Origin: Octopus sinensis
Lineage: Eukaryota
DNA: 64,000 nucleotides
Assembly (NCBI RefSeq): GCF_006345805.1
Contig: NC_043016.1
Span: 15,686,001 to 15,750,000 of the forward strand
Direction of reading: 5' to 3'
A program made the translations under genes and the position numbers. The notes beneath the pieces were generated by a model. That model had not been told where the DNA came from and did not search any database. It saw only the letters and a program-made list of their open reading frames with translations. Of this stretch, positions 13,539 through 26,234 are shown piece by piece (positions within the stretch are counted from its first letter, which is position 1; each line of letters begins with the position of its first letter).

Positions 13539-14147
13539 CTGAAAATAACAAAAAAAAATAATATGAATAAAAATTAATACATATTAACTATACAATAATA
13601 TTTTCAGTAAAAACATTGTAATGTCTCTAACAATAAATTTACTAAACAGAAATAAAAGAAAAAAAAGAGATTAGGAGAGAGAAAAGGTGAGGGCAATTTT
13701 AATAAACTGCCTTTTGAATTAATAGAAACCATTTGTAGATGAACTTACATTTAAAAGAAGGAAAACTTTCTCAGTGTACAAATTTTAAGTATTCTAAAAT
13801 ATCACATGTAAGCATGGCTGTGTGGCAAGAAGTTTGCTTCTCAACCACATGGTTTCAGGTTCAGTCTTACTGCATGACTGGAAGTGCAATTGTCTTCTAC
13901 TATAGCACCTTGTGAGTGGGTTTACTTGACAGAAACTGAAAGAAGTCCATTGCGTGTATCTCACCTTGCCTTGACATTGCAAAACAGTTTACAATTAGTG
14001 TAACAGTCATGAAAGAGGTGTCCTTTATTTCCAATCATTGAAAATATAGGATGAGTAAGACATCTGACCACAGAAAATCTGCTTCAACAAACTCCATCCA
14101 ACCCATGCAAGCAAAGAAAAGTGGACATTAAAATGATGAATGGTAAC

Positions 14148-14183
<36 letters not shown>

Positions 14184-15039
14184 GTGTCTATTCGTTCATC
14201 ATTTTCATCCACTCTTCCATATTGGAATGGGTTAGACAAAAACTTACAGTCAGCCAGACTCTCTTCCTATTGCTATCCCTTAATTATTTTCCAAGTCAGG
14301 TATTTTCCATTTCACTTGCCTTGTTATGTGGACAACAAGAAAAACACTGAATTGTGCAATTTTTGTTTTTCTGATGAACAAAAACAACTGATTTTGCCCA
14401 AATAGGGTTAAAGAGGATACATGTAATCAACATTTGCACAAACAAGACAACCTTCCACTCGCTTTCACTCACCCATTCCAATTACAGTGTATTGGTCAGC
14501 CCAATGCTTATAGTAAAAGACACTACCTCAAGATGATACCCACAGCATGACTGAACCTCAAACCAACATAGCAGTGGTCTTTGTAACCACATTGCCATTT
14601 TTTTTTTATCTACAGCAATGTCTATAGAAGAGTTGCTTGGAGAAAAAGTGGACTATGATGAAAAATGCAGGGACAGAATCTGGGAATATTCTTAAGTATT
14701 GAACCTGGAAAAGTACAGAACAAGCAATAATTAAGCTTGTAAAAGTATACAAAAAGCAAAAAAACTTAGAGATAAATTATTTCTCCCCTATTTTTAGTAC
14801 TCTATTATTTTTAAAATTTTATTTTCTTAACAAAACTCATTATCCAAATATTTTAAATCACAGATATTGTGTTATGAAATTAAACTCAGAAGAGGCGTAG
14901 TGGTATCACAGGAAGGTTAACAAAGAAAGTCGTCTTTGTTAGTGACAGATATGCAAGAATAAAAAATAAGAGTACACAAGAAGTAGATGTTCTGAAATAC
15001 CCAGAAGGCTCCCCTAGATGTAGTAGCTTCTGTTGCCTA

Positions 15040-15790
15040 GGCAACTTAATTAGTGGTGGAGGAGGATCCTTTAAAAGTATAGTTGCAAAATAAGAACTGG
15101 CTGGAGAAAGTTCAGAGAACTTCTACTTCTATTGGTAACAAAAAAGCTTCTCTGAGAATGAAAGGTATATTGTAGAATGCCTGTGTATGGATAGCAATGG
15201 TACCCAGTTGTGAAACTTGGGCTGTGAACGTAGAGGACATGTGAAGACTAGAAAGAAAAGAAACTAGCATGCACCAAAAGATGTACAACATCAATGTGCT
15301 GAGAGAAAAACCGGGCATTGGAGGCATCAGATGTAGTGTGTGTGAGAAAAGACTGAGCTGGTATAGTCATTTGATGTGGATGGATGAGCAAAGATGTATA
15401 AAGTAGCACCAATTGCTAAACCTAGAAGGAACCTGTGGAAGACCTAAGAAGAGACGGGACAAAGTAATGAAGACTGGGGTCATCTGAGTCCTTTTTTCTA
15501 TCTATGAAGACATTGTACAAATGATGATCCCGGTTTTCTGCTGGTGGCACGTAAAAAACACCATCCGAGCGTGGCCGTTCGCCAGCCTCGTCTGGCACCT
15601 GTGTCGGTGGCACATAAAAAGCACCCACTACACTCACGGAGTGGTTGGCGTTAGGAAGGGCATCAAGCTGTAGAAACACCGCCAGATCTGACTGGCCTGG
15701 TGCAGCCTTCGGGCTTCCCAGACTCCAGTTGAACCGTCCAACCCATGCTAGCATGGAAAGTGGACGTTAAATGATGATGATGATGATGAC
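15040..15790 (+). mobile_element. Old RTE 3' fragment followed by a younger RTE 3'UTR/tail
   Basis: Degenerate homolog of 10990-11500. 15540-15790 is nearly identical to the tail at 11780-12003. Confidence 0.75.
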
Positions 15791-15957
15791 AATGGGCTTA
15801 AATCTTTGTATTACATAGCGTCGGTTAAAATCTGTAAACATACTCAACACATTTATTTACATATATATTACAAAACATGTGCATTTACAAGCACTTACAA
15901 AAATATAGACAATTGCCATTTGGCTTACAAAGGACCGTTTGCATGGTTTCACTTCAA

Positions 15958-16178
15958 CCCTTTCGTTACCTTATTCATTTTGAGATGCTTTGTGTTTCTT
16001 TTAATTACTTTAAATATAACGAAGAATTAAGTAAAATAACTAAGTTATCATTAAGCTAGTGTTAGGCACATAGATTGTGACTAAAGTTTAGTGGAAGATT
16101 TTAATTCAGAACTTTTGCAAACAAGATATTTGTACTACAGAGTCAGAGGTGGTTTCAGCCAGGTTGGTAACGAAAGGG
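15958..16178. mobile_element. piggyBac-like MITE, copy 1
   Basis: CCCTTTCGTTACC...GGTAACGAAAGGG terminal inverted repeats; TTAA at the right end. Confidence 0.8.
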
Positions 16179-16209
16179 TTAAGGATTGTTTCTCCATTAT
16201 ATATTTTAA

Positions 16210-16813
16210 CCCTTTTGTTACCATATTTCTGTTGAGATGCTCTGTGTTTCTTTCAATTAATTTTAAAGATAACAAAGAATTTAGTAAAATAACTCAATTA
16301 TCATTCAGGTAGCGTTAGGAGGCGCAATGGCCCAGTGGTTAGGACAGCGGACTCGCGGTCATAGGATCGCAGTTTCGATTCCCAGACCGGGCGTTGTGAG
16401 TGTTTATTGAGCGAAAACACCTAAAAGCTCCACGAGGCTCCGGCAGGGATTGGTGGTGATCCCTGCTGTACTCTTTCACCACAACTTTCTCTCACTCTTA
16501 CTTCCTGTTTCTGTAGTACCTGTATTTCAAAGGGCCGGCCTTGTCACTCTCTGTGTCACGCTGAATATCCCCGAGAACTACGTTAAGGGTACACGTGTCT
16601 GCGGAGTGCTCAGCCACTTACACGTTTATTTCACGAGCAGGCTGTTCCGTTGATTCGGATCAACCGGAACCCTCGTCGTCGTAACCGACGGAATGCTTCC
16701 AAAGTGTTAGGAACATAAATTGTGACTAAGGTTTGGTGGAAGATTTTAATTCAGAACTTTTGCAAACAAGGCATTTGTACTACAGAGCCAGAGGCAGGTT
16801 GGTAGCAAAAGGG
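16210..16813. mobile_element. piggyBac-like MITE, copy 2, interrupted by a SINE
   Basis: TTAA-CCCTTTTGTTACC...GGTAGCAAAAGGG-TTAA. Colinear with copy 1 apart from a ~390-bp insertion. Confidence 0.8.
16318..16702 (+). mobile_element. tRNA-derived SINE (further copies at ~60948-61310 and a partial one at 52850-53010)
   Basis: A-box TGGCCCAGTGG and B-box GTTTCGATTCCC. TSD-like AGCGTTAGGA/AGTGTTAGGA at 16311-16320 and 16703-16712. Confidence 0.8.
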
Positions 16814-17579
16814 TTAACATGGTTTTACTTTGGGGCAATACCCTTTCATATATATATATATATATAAATAAATGGTACCTTTTCTACTATAGCTTCGGGT
16901 TGTGTGTGTACATGCATATTTGAGTTTGTCCCCCAATAATAATGTAATAATATTAAATATATCTCTCTCATCTTACAGGACCCATTGAATTAATTTCCCA
17001 TGCTAACTGAAGAACAGCTGAATATGTACACTTATATACATATATGCAAAAACATTTATGCTGATATGCATGGCCGACATCCACAAGTTCATGTTACAAT
17101 GTATAACAATGCAATACATTTGTACAGATATACAAACATATTCATACACATGTACATTCAAATACACAAATATGCATCAGCAAACATACAAATGCATTCA
17201 TAAAAACAGTAAGCAACACTAACATGGTGTACAGCAAAGTGCATTATTTAATCACACAAGTTATACCATTTAACTTGGATAGTGAAGATAGATTTTGGCC
17301 CTTATTGGCCAAAATCTGTCTAACTTAGTAACACCACTTTGAATAGACTTTCTTTTAAGTCATGTTTTAAAAACATAACCCATCCATGTATGGAATTGTT
17401 TGTTAGATATAGTAGAAGACACTTGCCCAAAGTACCATCCGATGGAAGTGAACCTGGAACCATGTGGTTGGGAATCAAGCTTCTTACCACACAGCCACGC
17501 CTATTCATTTACTTGTTTCAGTCATTTGACTGCGGCCATGTCAAACAAATTGACCCCAGGACTTATTTTTTGTAAGCCT

Positions 17580-18058
17580 AGTACATGTTGTGCAAGAGAG
17601 GCGACTGCACTGGTATGGTCATGTGTTACATATGGATGAGGACAGCTGTGTGAGGAAGTGCTACTCTCTAACTGTGGAAGAATTAGACCAAGGAAGACAT
17701 GGAATGAGGTAGTGAAGCATGACCTTCAAACATTGGGCCTCATAAAGGCAATGACAGGAAACCGGGACCTTTGGAGATACACTGTGATTGAGTAAAAAGT
17801 ACCATCCAAATGTGGTTGATGCTAGGTCCGCTTGACTGGCTCCTGTGCCAATGGTATGAAAAAAGCACCATCTGAATATGATCGTTACCAGGCCCACCCT
17901 ATTGGCACATAAAAAGCACCCACCACACCCTTGGAGAGGTTGACGTTAGGAAGGGCATCCAGCTGTAGAAACACTGCCAGATCAGACTGGAGGCTGGTGC
18001 TCAAACAGTCGAACCCATGCCAGCATGGAAAACGGACATTAATTGATGATGATGATGA
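17580..18058 (+). mobile_element. RTE LINE 3' fragment with tail
   Basis: RRLHWYGHV-like coding remnant, the GGAAGGGCATCCAGCTGTAGAAAC 3'UTR motif, and (GAT)n. Confidence 0.75.
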
Positions 18059-18298
18059 TACATACATCCACATACATATATACATACATACAACAGGCTT
18101 CTTTCAGTTTCTATCTACCAAATCCACTCACAAGGCTTTTGGTCAGCCCGAGGCTGTAGTTGACACACCCAAGGCGCCACACAGTGGGACTGAACCTAGA
18201 ACCTAATGGTTGGAAAGCAAGTTTCTTACCACACAACCACTCCTGCATCTACACATAGATATTTATTTAAAAAATAAAAATGGTGAATAGATACTCAC

Positions 18299-18397
18299 AT
18301 ATCTTTCTTCAAAGGATTTTGCTAAAGCCACCAATCTTTCATTTTCATTCTGATCTTCAAGATCAAAATCATTTGGGTCAGTATTTTTACAATCTCC
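18299..18397 (-). CDS. UBN1: Ubinuclein coding exon 2
   Basis: TTTTCCAG acceptor, GTGAGT donor, 99 nt, phase 0-0. GDCKNTDPNDFDLEDQNENERLVALAKSFEERY matches the UBN motif VEALARKFEEKY. Confidence 0.93.
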
Positions 18398-21300
18398 CTG
18401 GAAAATGTACATTAAATGGAAATGTAAGTTTTTATTTTAAAATTTATTAAAACATAAACAAACAAAAAAAAAACGGAATAAATCCTATAAGCTTCACATA
18501 TCTAATCTCATCTTTAAGAAATAAGGTGGAAAACAATGTTGGAAAGAGTTTAAGTGAAAAATTTAAAAAAAGGATTATACAAAATAATTTTGTTCACAGA
18601 ATCCCCCAAAAAGGAAGGAAATAATGAAAAATAAAAAAAGTCTCCAGAAAACTACAATAAACTGTGCATTCAATGATAACTGTCATATTTAATAATCTTT
18701 TCTGCCATAGACACAAGGCCTGGAATTTGGTGGGAGGGAGATAGTTGATTACATCGACTCCAGTATTAATTAATCAACCCTGAAAGGATGAAAGGCAAAG
18801 TCAACCATGCCAGAATATGAACCCAGAATGTAGCAACAGACAAAATACCACCAAGCACTTTATCCGGCGTGCTAACGACTCTGTGGAGTGATGGGATTTC
18901 AGAGGTTTTCCATGCTGCCAACATTGAAAAGGATTGCTGTACTCCACATATGCTTCATCTCTAGATAGCATATTACAATTAAAACAAAACTGTATCAAAC
19001 TCTCTCTTTAACAATCAAATACATGAAAGTAAAGAAATTTGCATCCGACTAGCTTCCTGATAAGGCATATGAAAATAAAATCTGAATCTGGAGGGATTCG
19101 TGGTCACACCTGTATAATAAGCTTTAGCATTATTAGTGGTAATAATTATACACAGATTCATTATACTCTTTGCCCAATGCCTGCAATTAGAAACTAGTTC
19201 AAAGTCACGATCCAGTAACGGAAGATTAGAATAAAGGATTTCATATGATTTTAAGGTATATAGTTGATGTGTACAAGTGTAGTTTTGCCACAAATACAAT
19301 TTTTCAGTTTGGATTACAAGGTGTTTTTAGACATTGAAGACCCAACATAAATAAAGATATATCAACTTTTACAGTTTTTATTCTCTATATTTTTTGAAAA
19401 TTTGACTTAAGCTTGTGCAAGAAAAGGTATTTTGGTTTCTATGTGAATTTAAAGAAATTAGTTACAAAGAAATAGTTTCAAAGAATAGGACAAGAGTTAT
19501 GGGGAAACAACTCAGATTTTTAGAGTTAGGGGAAATTACAAGGTTAAATGAAGACAAAAATGTAAAAATTTAGACTAAATGCAAACTAAAATATAAAGAG
19601 ATAAAACACAATGTCCCCCGCCCCCTCAATTATAGATACACACACACACACATTTTTGTTTGTATTTATGTACAAATGTGTCAACAGCATTCTTGTTGAA
19701 GAATAATGTACTCTACAAAAAGAGTATCAGATAATTCTTCAGTTTATGTAAAATTGTTTGCTGCAGTTTTCAGGGAATGCACACCAGCTAGAACGTCAAT
19801 TTCTCAAGAAGAAAAATATTTAAAGCTTCCAAAAATTGTTTGACATTACTTGTGGGAGAATATGGTGCCAGTAAAAAGAAATTAAAGCTCCTACTCGTAT
19901 ATTCAACCAGAAAATCCATGGCTTTTCAAGGCTTACGCAAATTTTACTCTACTTCTGATTTAGCATTTAAACAAGAGATATGGATGACAAAGAGTCTTCA
20001 CAAAGAGTGGTTTATGAACATTTTTTTAGTTTTTAATTAATTATATATATATAATTAAAAATACATATTAAGTATAGGATATCACCAACGAGTGAAAAAG
20101 AAAAGTAAACACACAGGACGAAACACCAAAGAAAGTCTAATTCCTCCTCAGTTGTCCACTGTTTATTACTACCGGTTTCGAGCTTTTATATATATATATA
20201 TACACATATACATCCTAGCAGGCTTTCGGCCCTATGGTACGGTGCACAAATGTATTCATAAGGTACGCATTGGAATTTATCCTTACAATAAAAGTTGTTA
20301 AAAAGGTATTTCAATATTTCATTAAAAAAATTTTTAAGTTTCACTTCACCAATCAAAAATTCTTGTAATCATAATACATGTAAGAGAATGGATGTTCCAA
20401 TAGCAGATCAATGTGAAAATGTTTTGTGGATAAGATGAATTTTTGGCGACTGGAAATGCATCTTGGTGTAAACTGTGAGTTGGGCAACTGATGTAGCATT
20501 AGAAATTGCAGTTGTGTTGCGGTGACCTTTTGGTCTACGAGACATTTGGCTTCACTCTCTGGGACTATAGTCACCAGTTTATCTGGACGGATATATTTTT
20601 AGAGTCTATCAGTAGATAAGGCCATAGTCATAAAACACACTGTTCAATGAATTCAATGCATGGAAAGACAGGAAGAAACGTATAAAAAGAATTTCTCCGC
20701 AACCCCCAGTGGGCGCTTTTCTATTAATGAAAATGGTCAAAACCCACTTCTCTGTAACAGGAAAAGGCTTGTCCTTCCCCAATTTCTGAAAAAAGGAGTA
20801 TTGTTAGTATTGGAGGTGGTAGTTGTGGTGGAGATGTCTCTGTATTTGAGGTGTTAGTTGTATTGATTGGTGTTGGCAGTAGTTGTGGTGCTAGTATATA
20901 AATGTAATATATTGTAAAAGTATACATCTATGAGTTATACATTAAAAAATATAGGAAAGAATGTATGTATATGTAGGTATTAAAATGTTCATTTGGGGCC
21001 ATATGTACACAACTGCGCCCCATAGAATTTGTTTTCTAACTTTCAGAAAATTAGATATTTTTAGATGAAATTTTATACAAAAATGTTTCAGATGGTTTAG
21101 ATTCCGATTACATTAGAATTTGTAGTGAAAAACATTTTCCAAAAGTCGGGAAAGCAGTTTCAGATAATCCAGATGATTTAGCTTTGATGGGAGCAAAAAA
21201 GGTTTTCACAACAAATTCCAATATAATTGGAGTCTACACCATTAGAAGCATATTTGTAAAAATATGTTATTTAGAAATATTCATTTTCCCTAAAGTTATG

Positions 21301-22329
21301 AAGAAATAAATTTGGTGGGTCACTGTTGTGTATGAATGCCCTATCTGTAAAAAAAAAAAAACCCTTAGAGTGAAATACAGAGTACATGGATTGCTAGAAG
21401 CAGGAGCCAATATACCACCAACTTGGCACCCACCATTCCATTTTCAGAAAGTGCAGTTATCTGCAGAATTGAAAGGACACAAAAAACCTAAAATATTATC
21501 AGTTGCTTTTTATAAGGATACAGGTGTGTGTGTGTGTGTGTGTGTGTGTGCACGTGTACACATACACATGCATACATAAAAACATCCTTATTATTGCTGT
21601 AACGTCTTTTTATGTTCTCTAAAGTTGGATGCACTTCCTAATACCAACTCTCATCTTTTCACAATAATCAGCCAAGAGTATCAAACAAAAAACAGCTTGG
21701 TAGCGCTTTCGTAGAAACTATAAGCAAACAAAATTGCTTGTGGGAACAGTGAGGCATTTGTTTACAATAGGCATGCACCCAGACACCCTTTCATAATGTA
21801 CTGTAAACAAATGACACCATTTGGGTAGATGTGTAGACAAGAGAGAATTGTGTCCAGATACACACACACACGGTTCATCCTCATCAGCTTTAGTAAAGAA
21901 CATCAGCCCATAACAAACACAGTGGGATCATACCAATAATGGGGTTCAAACTTCTTGACCACACTGCCCTACCTGCACGTGTAATGTTGTGCCTATGTAC
22001 ATATTAATTTCAAATTTTGGCGCAGACAGCAGGTTCAAGGCAAAGGGGGTAACCCGTATTCAACTAGTACTTTATCGACCCCAAAAGAGTGAAAAGCAAA
22101 GAATTACCTCAGTGGAATTTGAACATAAAGATGGACAAAATACATTTTGCCCAGCACACTAACGATCCTGCCTAACGACATATAGACACACATATGCATA
22201 ACATCATTTACTGTTTGTCTTCCATGCAGAATTAAATTGTCATGGGATGATATATCTCAAACTGCATGACCTTAGTATTAGGGGAATGGCTAAATCAGAC
22301 AGCCTCACTCACCCAGCTACACTGATGAT

Positions 22330-23200
22330 ACAAAAACATCACAACCTAAATGATACTTCAAAACCATAAAAAGATTCAAATACAATATACTAGTGGGTTG
22401 AGGAAAACAAGCAGTTCAATGCTGCCAAGTTCCAAGCACTCCGATATCAAACCACAAACAGAATACAAAAGACAGAGGGTATTGCAATCCCAATGTCAAA
22501 ATTGGTGTGTGACCTGGGACCCCACATGAGTAATGATGCATCATTCCTATGTGCATATTACTAAGATGGTAATAATGTGCTGGCAACTGACTGGTAGGAT
22601 CCTGAGATCCTTCAGAACACAGAAAATGAAACCAAGTTGCCCCTATGGAGAACATCCATATTCCGACACTTATGGCTACTGCTTCTAATTATGGTTGCCA
22701 AAAAGTATCCACTTAACAAAACTAGAGGCAAGCCAATGCTACTACAACAAGATTGCCTCAATGCAACAGATGATGAACTGCTGAGAGAGGCTAAAAGAGC
22801 CAAGCCTCTACTCTCCAGTGAGAAGACACAAAGGACATGCAATGGTGTGTGTGTGTGCGCGTGCGCACGCATGCAGGGAAGATCCTACAGAGTTTAGACC
22901 CCAACTTTGGTAAAGAATGCTATACCAAACTCTGGATTGAACTCCATTACACAGGACCAAAGATCTCACCCTCTTTATCTGCCTAAAGAGAGAGTAAGGA
23001 CACAATACAGTAGTTACAGCTTACAGTTTAGAGGCCCACAACTTTTCGATACTTTGCCAAAAAGCACCAGAGATCTAGATGTAGATATTAAAGAATACTT
23101 AGACAAATTTTTTATCTTTTAGACCTAATGAACCCACAACAAGAAATGCAAAGAGCGATTCTGTCCAACTTACTGATTTCAGAGACAAGGCAAGGAAAAC
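22330..23200 (+). mobile_element. Highly decayed non-LTR (CR1/L2-like) RT 3' remnant
   Basis: SLQFRGPQLFDTLPKSTRDL...KEYLDKF resembles conserved LINE ORF2 C-termini. Boundaries approximate. Confidence 0.5.
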
Positions 23201-23337
23201 AAACATTAACACTAATGGCAATTCCCCAGTGTGGCTACAACCTCAGGTTGAAACCAATGGAAGAATATCATACACACACAGATGTCTTGATAATCTGTTC
23301 CATTTTGGAAACTAAGGATTAATTTCGGACTATAATA

Positions 23338-24557
23338 TCAGATCATTCCATAAGTTCTGTCCGGTTTTACCTTTTTTTAAAATTGAATGAAATTTAATAG
23401 TATTGTAGAATGTCTAATGGAATTAAAAATTATTTTTATCCATTTGTGTACATTTAAATTAAATATTATTTTACAGAATAGAATTAAAATTTCTTTGATT
23501 AAAACCCTTTCTAATATGGAAGTATCCAAAGAGTATTTAAGGCACACAATGCTTCATGAGTACAAAAAAGGAAACTCTGCAGTCGAAGCAACTCGAAGCA
23601 TACACTCAGTTTATGGGAAAGAATGCTTGAATGAATGAACTTGCAGAAGATGGTTTGCAAAATTCAGAAGTGGAGACTGCAGCCTTGAAGGTGAAGATCG
23701 AACAGGACGTTCAGTTGAGTTTGATAAGCTCCTTGAGGCATTACTTGAAGAAAATCCTGCATTATCAGCTGGAGAATTGGCAATAAATCTTAGTTCAAAA
23801 CCATACAACCATTCATAATCATCTTCAACAACTTGGAAAGTTTCCTAAACTTGGAAAATGAATGCCTCATGAATTGTCTAAAAGCAACCACAAATCTCGA
23901 GTTGACATCTGCTCTTCTCTCCATTCTCACAAACTCATTTCACCCTTTTTGGATAGACTTGTGACTTCTATTGAAATGTTAAACATCGTAAACAGTGGCT
24001 TGGTAAAAGGGAAAAAGCTCAACCACAACCGAGAAGGGAACTTCATGGGAAAAAAGTTCTATCTGGTGGGATTGCAAAGGAGTAATTCACTCTGAATTGT
24101 TACCACCTAATGCAACAATCAATGCTCAAGTCTACTGTCAGCAGTTAGAGCGTTTGAACAGGCTTTGAAGAAAAAAAGATCTGCTTTAGTGAATCGAAAA
24201 AAGTGATGTTTCATCAGGACAATGTGCGACTTCACAGAAGATCGAAAGGTTTGGTTGGGAAAAAATTCCTCATCCACCTTATTCTCCTGACCTTGTTCCT
24301 TCAGACTACCATTTGTTTCGTAGTTTACAGAATCATTTGGAGGACATAACTTTTGCAAGCCAGGAGGAGGTCAAACTGACATTTCAAAGTTCTTCAATTT
24401 GAAGCCAAAAGAATTTTACATTGATAGAATTAAAAAGCTTGTAAATAGATGGAAGAAAGTCATAGATAATCAGGTAAAGTACATTGATGATTAAATTTCA
24501 ATTAAATATAACATTTGATCACTTGTTTTCTTTATTCAAAATTCGGACAGAACCTGA
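23338..24557 (+). mobile_element. Full-length decayed mariner (DD34D-type) transposon
   Basis: TA-flanked ends TCAGATCATTCCATAAGTTCTGTCCG / CGGACAGAAC..CTGA (right TIR internally deleted). Transposase remnants: MLHEYKKGNSAVEATRSI, RWFAKFRSGD, MPHEL (WVPHEL), HQDN, HPPYSPDLVPSDYHLF. Stops and frameshifts present. Confidence 0.93.
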
Positions 24558-24829
24558 TAGTATTCTGAATTTTTCTTTTTTACAAAACAATATATTTTCA
24601 TTATTATCAATATTCGAAATCAAATACATTCTCTTAGGACTAGATATGAATTTGAAACAATTGCTTACTAACTACATGACTTTTGTTTGGTAACAGTGTA
24701 AGCCATCTTGAGAAAGTGTCTTCAACTACATACTATAGAGATGGATCAAATAAAGCCTTGAGTGGATTTAGTTGATGGTAACTAAAAGAGAACTGTGTAT
24801 ATGTGTGTATATACATACATTATATATAG

Positions 24830-24990
24830 GTGCAGGCATGGCTGTGTGGTAAGAAACTTGCTTCCCAACCAATGATTCCGAGTTCAGTCCCACTGCATGG
24901 CATCTTGGGCAAGTGGCTTCTGCTATAGCCTCGGGCCAACTAAAGCTGTGCGAGTAGATTTGATAGATGGAAACTGGAAGGAGCCCGCCA
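24830..24990 (+). mobile_element. Abundant tRNA-derived SINE, representative copy (others at ~780, 13812, 14490, 17405, 18095, 26240, 28560, 32270, 38048, 42113, 60397, 62400)
   Basis: TGGCTGTGTGGTAAG A-box, GAGTTCAGTCCC B-box, and the shared body CTTGGGCAAGTG...GGAAACTGAAAGAAGCC on both strands throughout the window. Confidence 0.8.
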
Positions 24991-25347
24991 TTATATATAT
25001 ATATCTATCGTATCAGGACTATCCCCCCTTGGTTAATTACCCCTTCTCCAATATATTAAGTTTTAAATCATCATCTGTTATCCTCAAGGGTAATTGTTCA
25101 TGGAAGGTAAATGCCCTAGACTCATATGTATATATCTGTGTGTGTATGTGTCTGTGTTTGACCCCTGCTATTGCTCGACAACCAATGCTGGTGTGTTTAT
25201 GTCCCCATAACAGTTCGGGAAAAGGGACCAATAGAACAAGTACTAGGCATACAAAGAATAAATCCAGAGGTCGATCTTTTCCTACTAGAAACCCTCTAAG
25301 GTGGTGCTCCAGCATGGCCACAATCAAATAACTGAAACAAGTACAAG

Positions 25348-25375
<28 letters not shown>

Positions 25376-25379
<4 letters not shown>

Positions 25380-25964
25380 TTGAAATGTTGAGAGGACATT
25401 TCCTGAGTGTTGAATGAATACCAGTTTATTTTTTTTACCTTTCTGTGTTGTATTTTTTGTAAGCTTTGCACAATATATATATATATATATATCTCATCGT
25501 CTTCCATGCATATAACTTAATGGTTAGGCAAAAGAGGCCGATACAATGCATACCAGGCTTTAGAACAAAAATGGATGGGTCAGTTCATTTGACAAATAAA
25601 ATTCTTCAAAGTGATGCCCCAGCATGGACATGGTCTAATGACAGAAGCAAGTAAAAGATAAAAGGTGTGTGTGTGTGTGTATATATTTTACTTGCTTCTG
25701 TCATTAGACCATGTCCATGCTGGGGCATCACTTTGAAGAATTTTTTTTGTCAAATGAACTGACCCATCCATTTTTGTTCTAAAGCCTGGTATGCATTGTA
25801 TCGGCCTCTTTTGCCTAACCATTAAGTTATATGCATGGAAGACGATGAGATATATATATATATATATATTGTGCAAAGCTTACAAAAAATACAACACAGA
25901 AAGAAGGTAAAAAAACTGGTATTCTTTCAACACTCAGGAAATGTCCTCTCAACATTTCAAGTAT
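25376..25964. repeat. Long near-perfect inverted repeat: arms 25376-25656 and 25686-25964, 29-bp spacer
   Basis: The arms are reverse complements with few differences. The ORF track shows near-identical peptides at 25466..25654(+) and 25688..25876(-). Confidence 0.97.
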
Positions 25965-26200
25965 TCACTATTCAGCTGATTATATATATCATGTATATTT
26001 ATATATCTTATTTTTTTACTTGTTTCAGTCATTAGACTGTGGACTTGCCGAGACACCGCCTTGAAGAATTTTTAGTTGAATGAATCAAACCCAGTACTTT
26101 TTTTTTTAAGCCTAATATTTATTCTATATTTATTCTTTGCTGAACCATTAAGTTACAGGGATACAAACACAGGTACAAGACCTTTCCCCAATATATATAT

Positions 26201-26234
<34 letters not shown>

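Noticed and set aside
20110-20185. GAAACCGGTA followed by CTGAGGA on the minus strand (possible type II hammerhead)
   Set aside because: The intervening sequence cannot form stem I and stem II is only 2 bp. At best these are truncated halves of PLE-type ribozymes.
25466-25876. Two near-identical 62-aa ORFs on opposite strands
   Set aside because: A by-product of the inverted duplication; they include (TA)n and SINE sequence and show no coding features.
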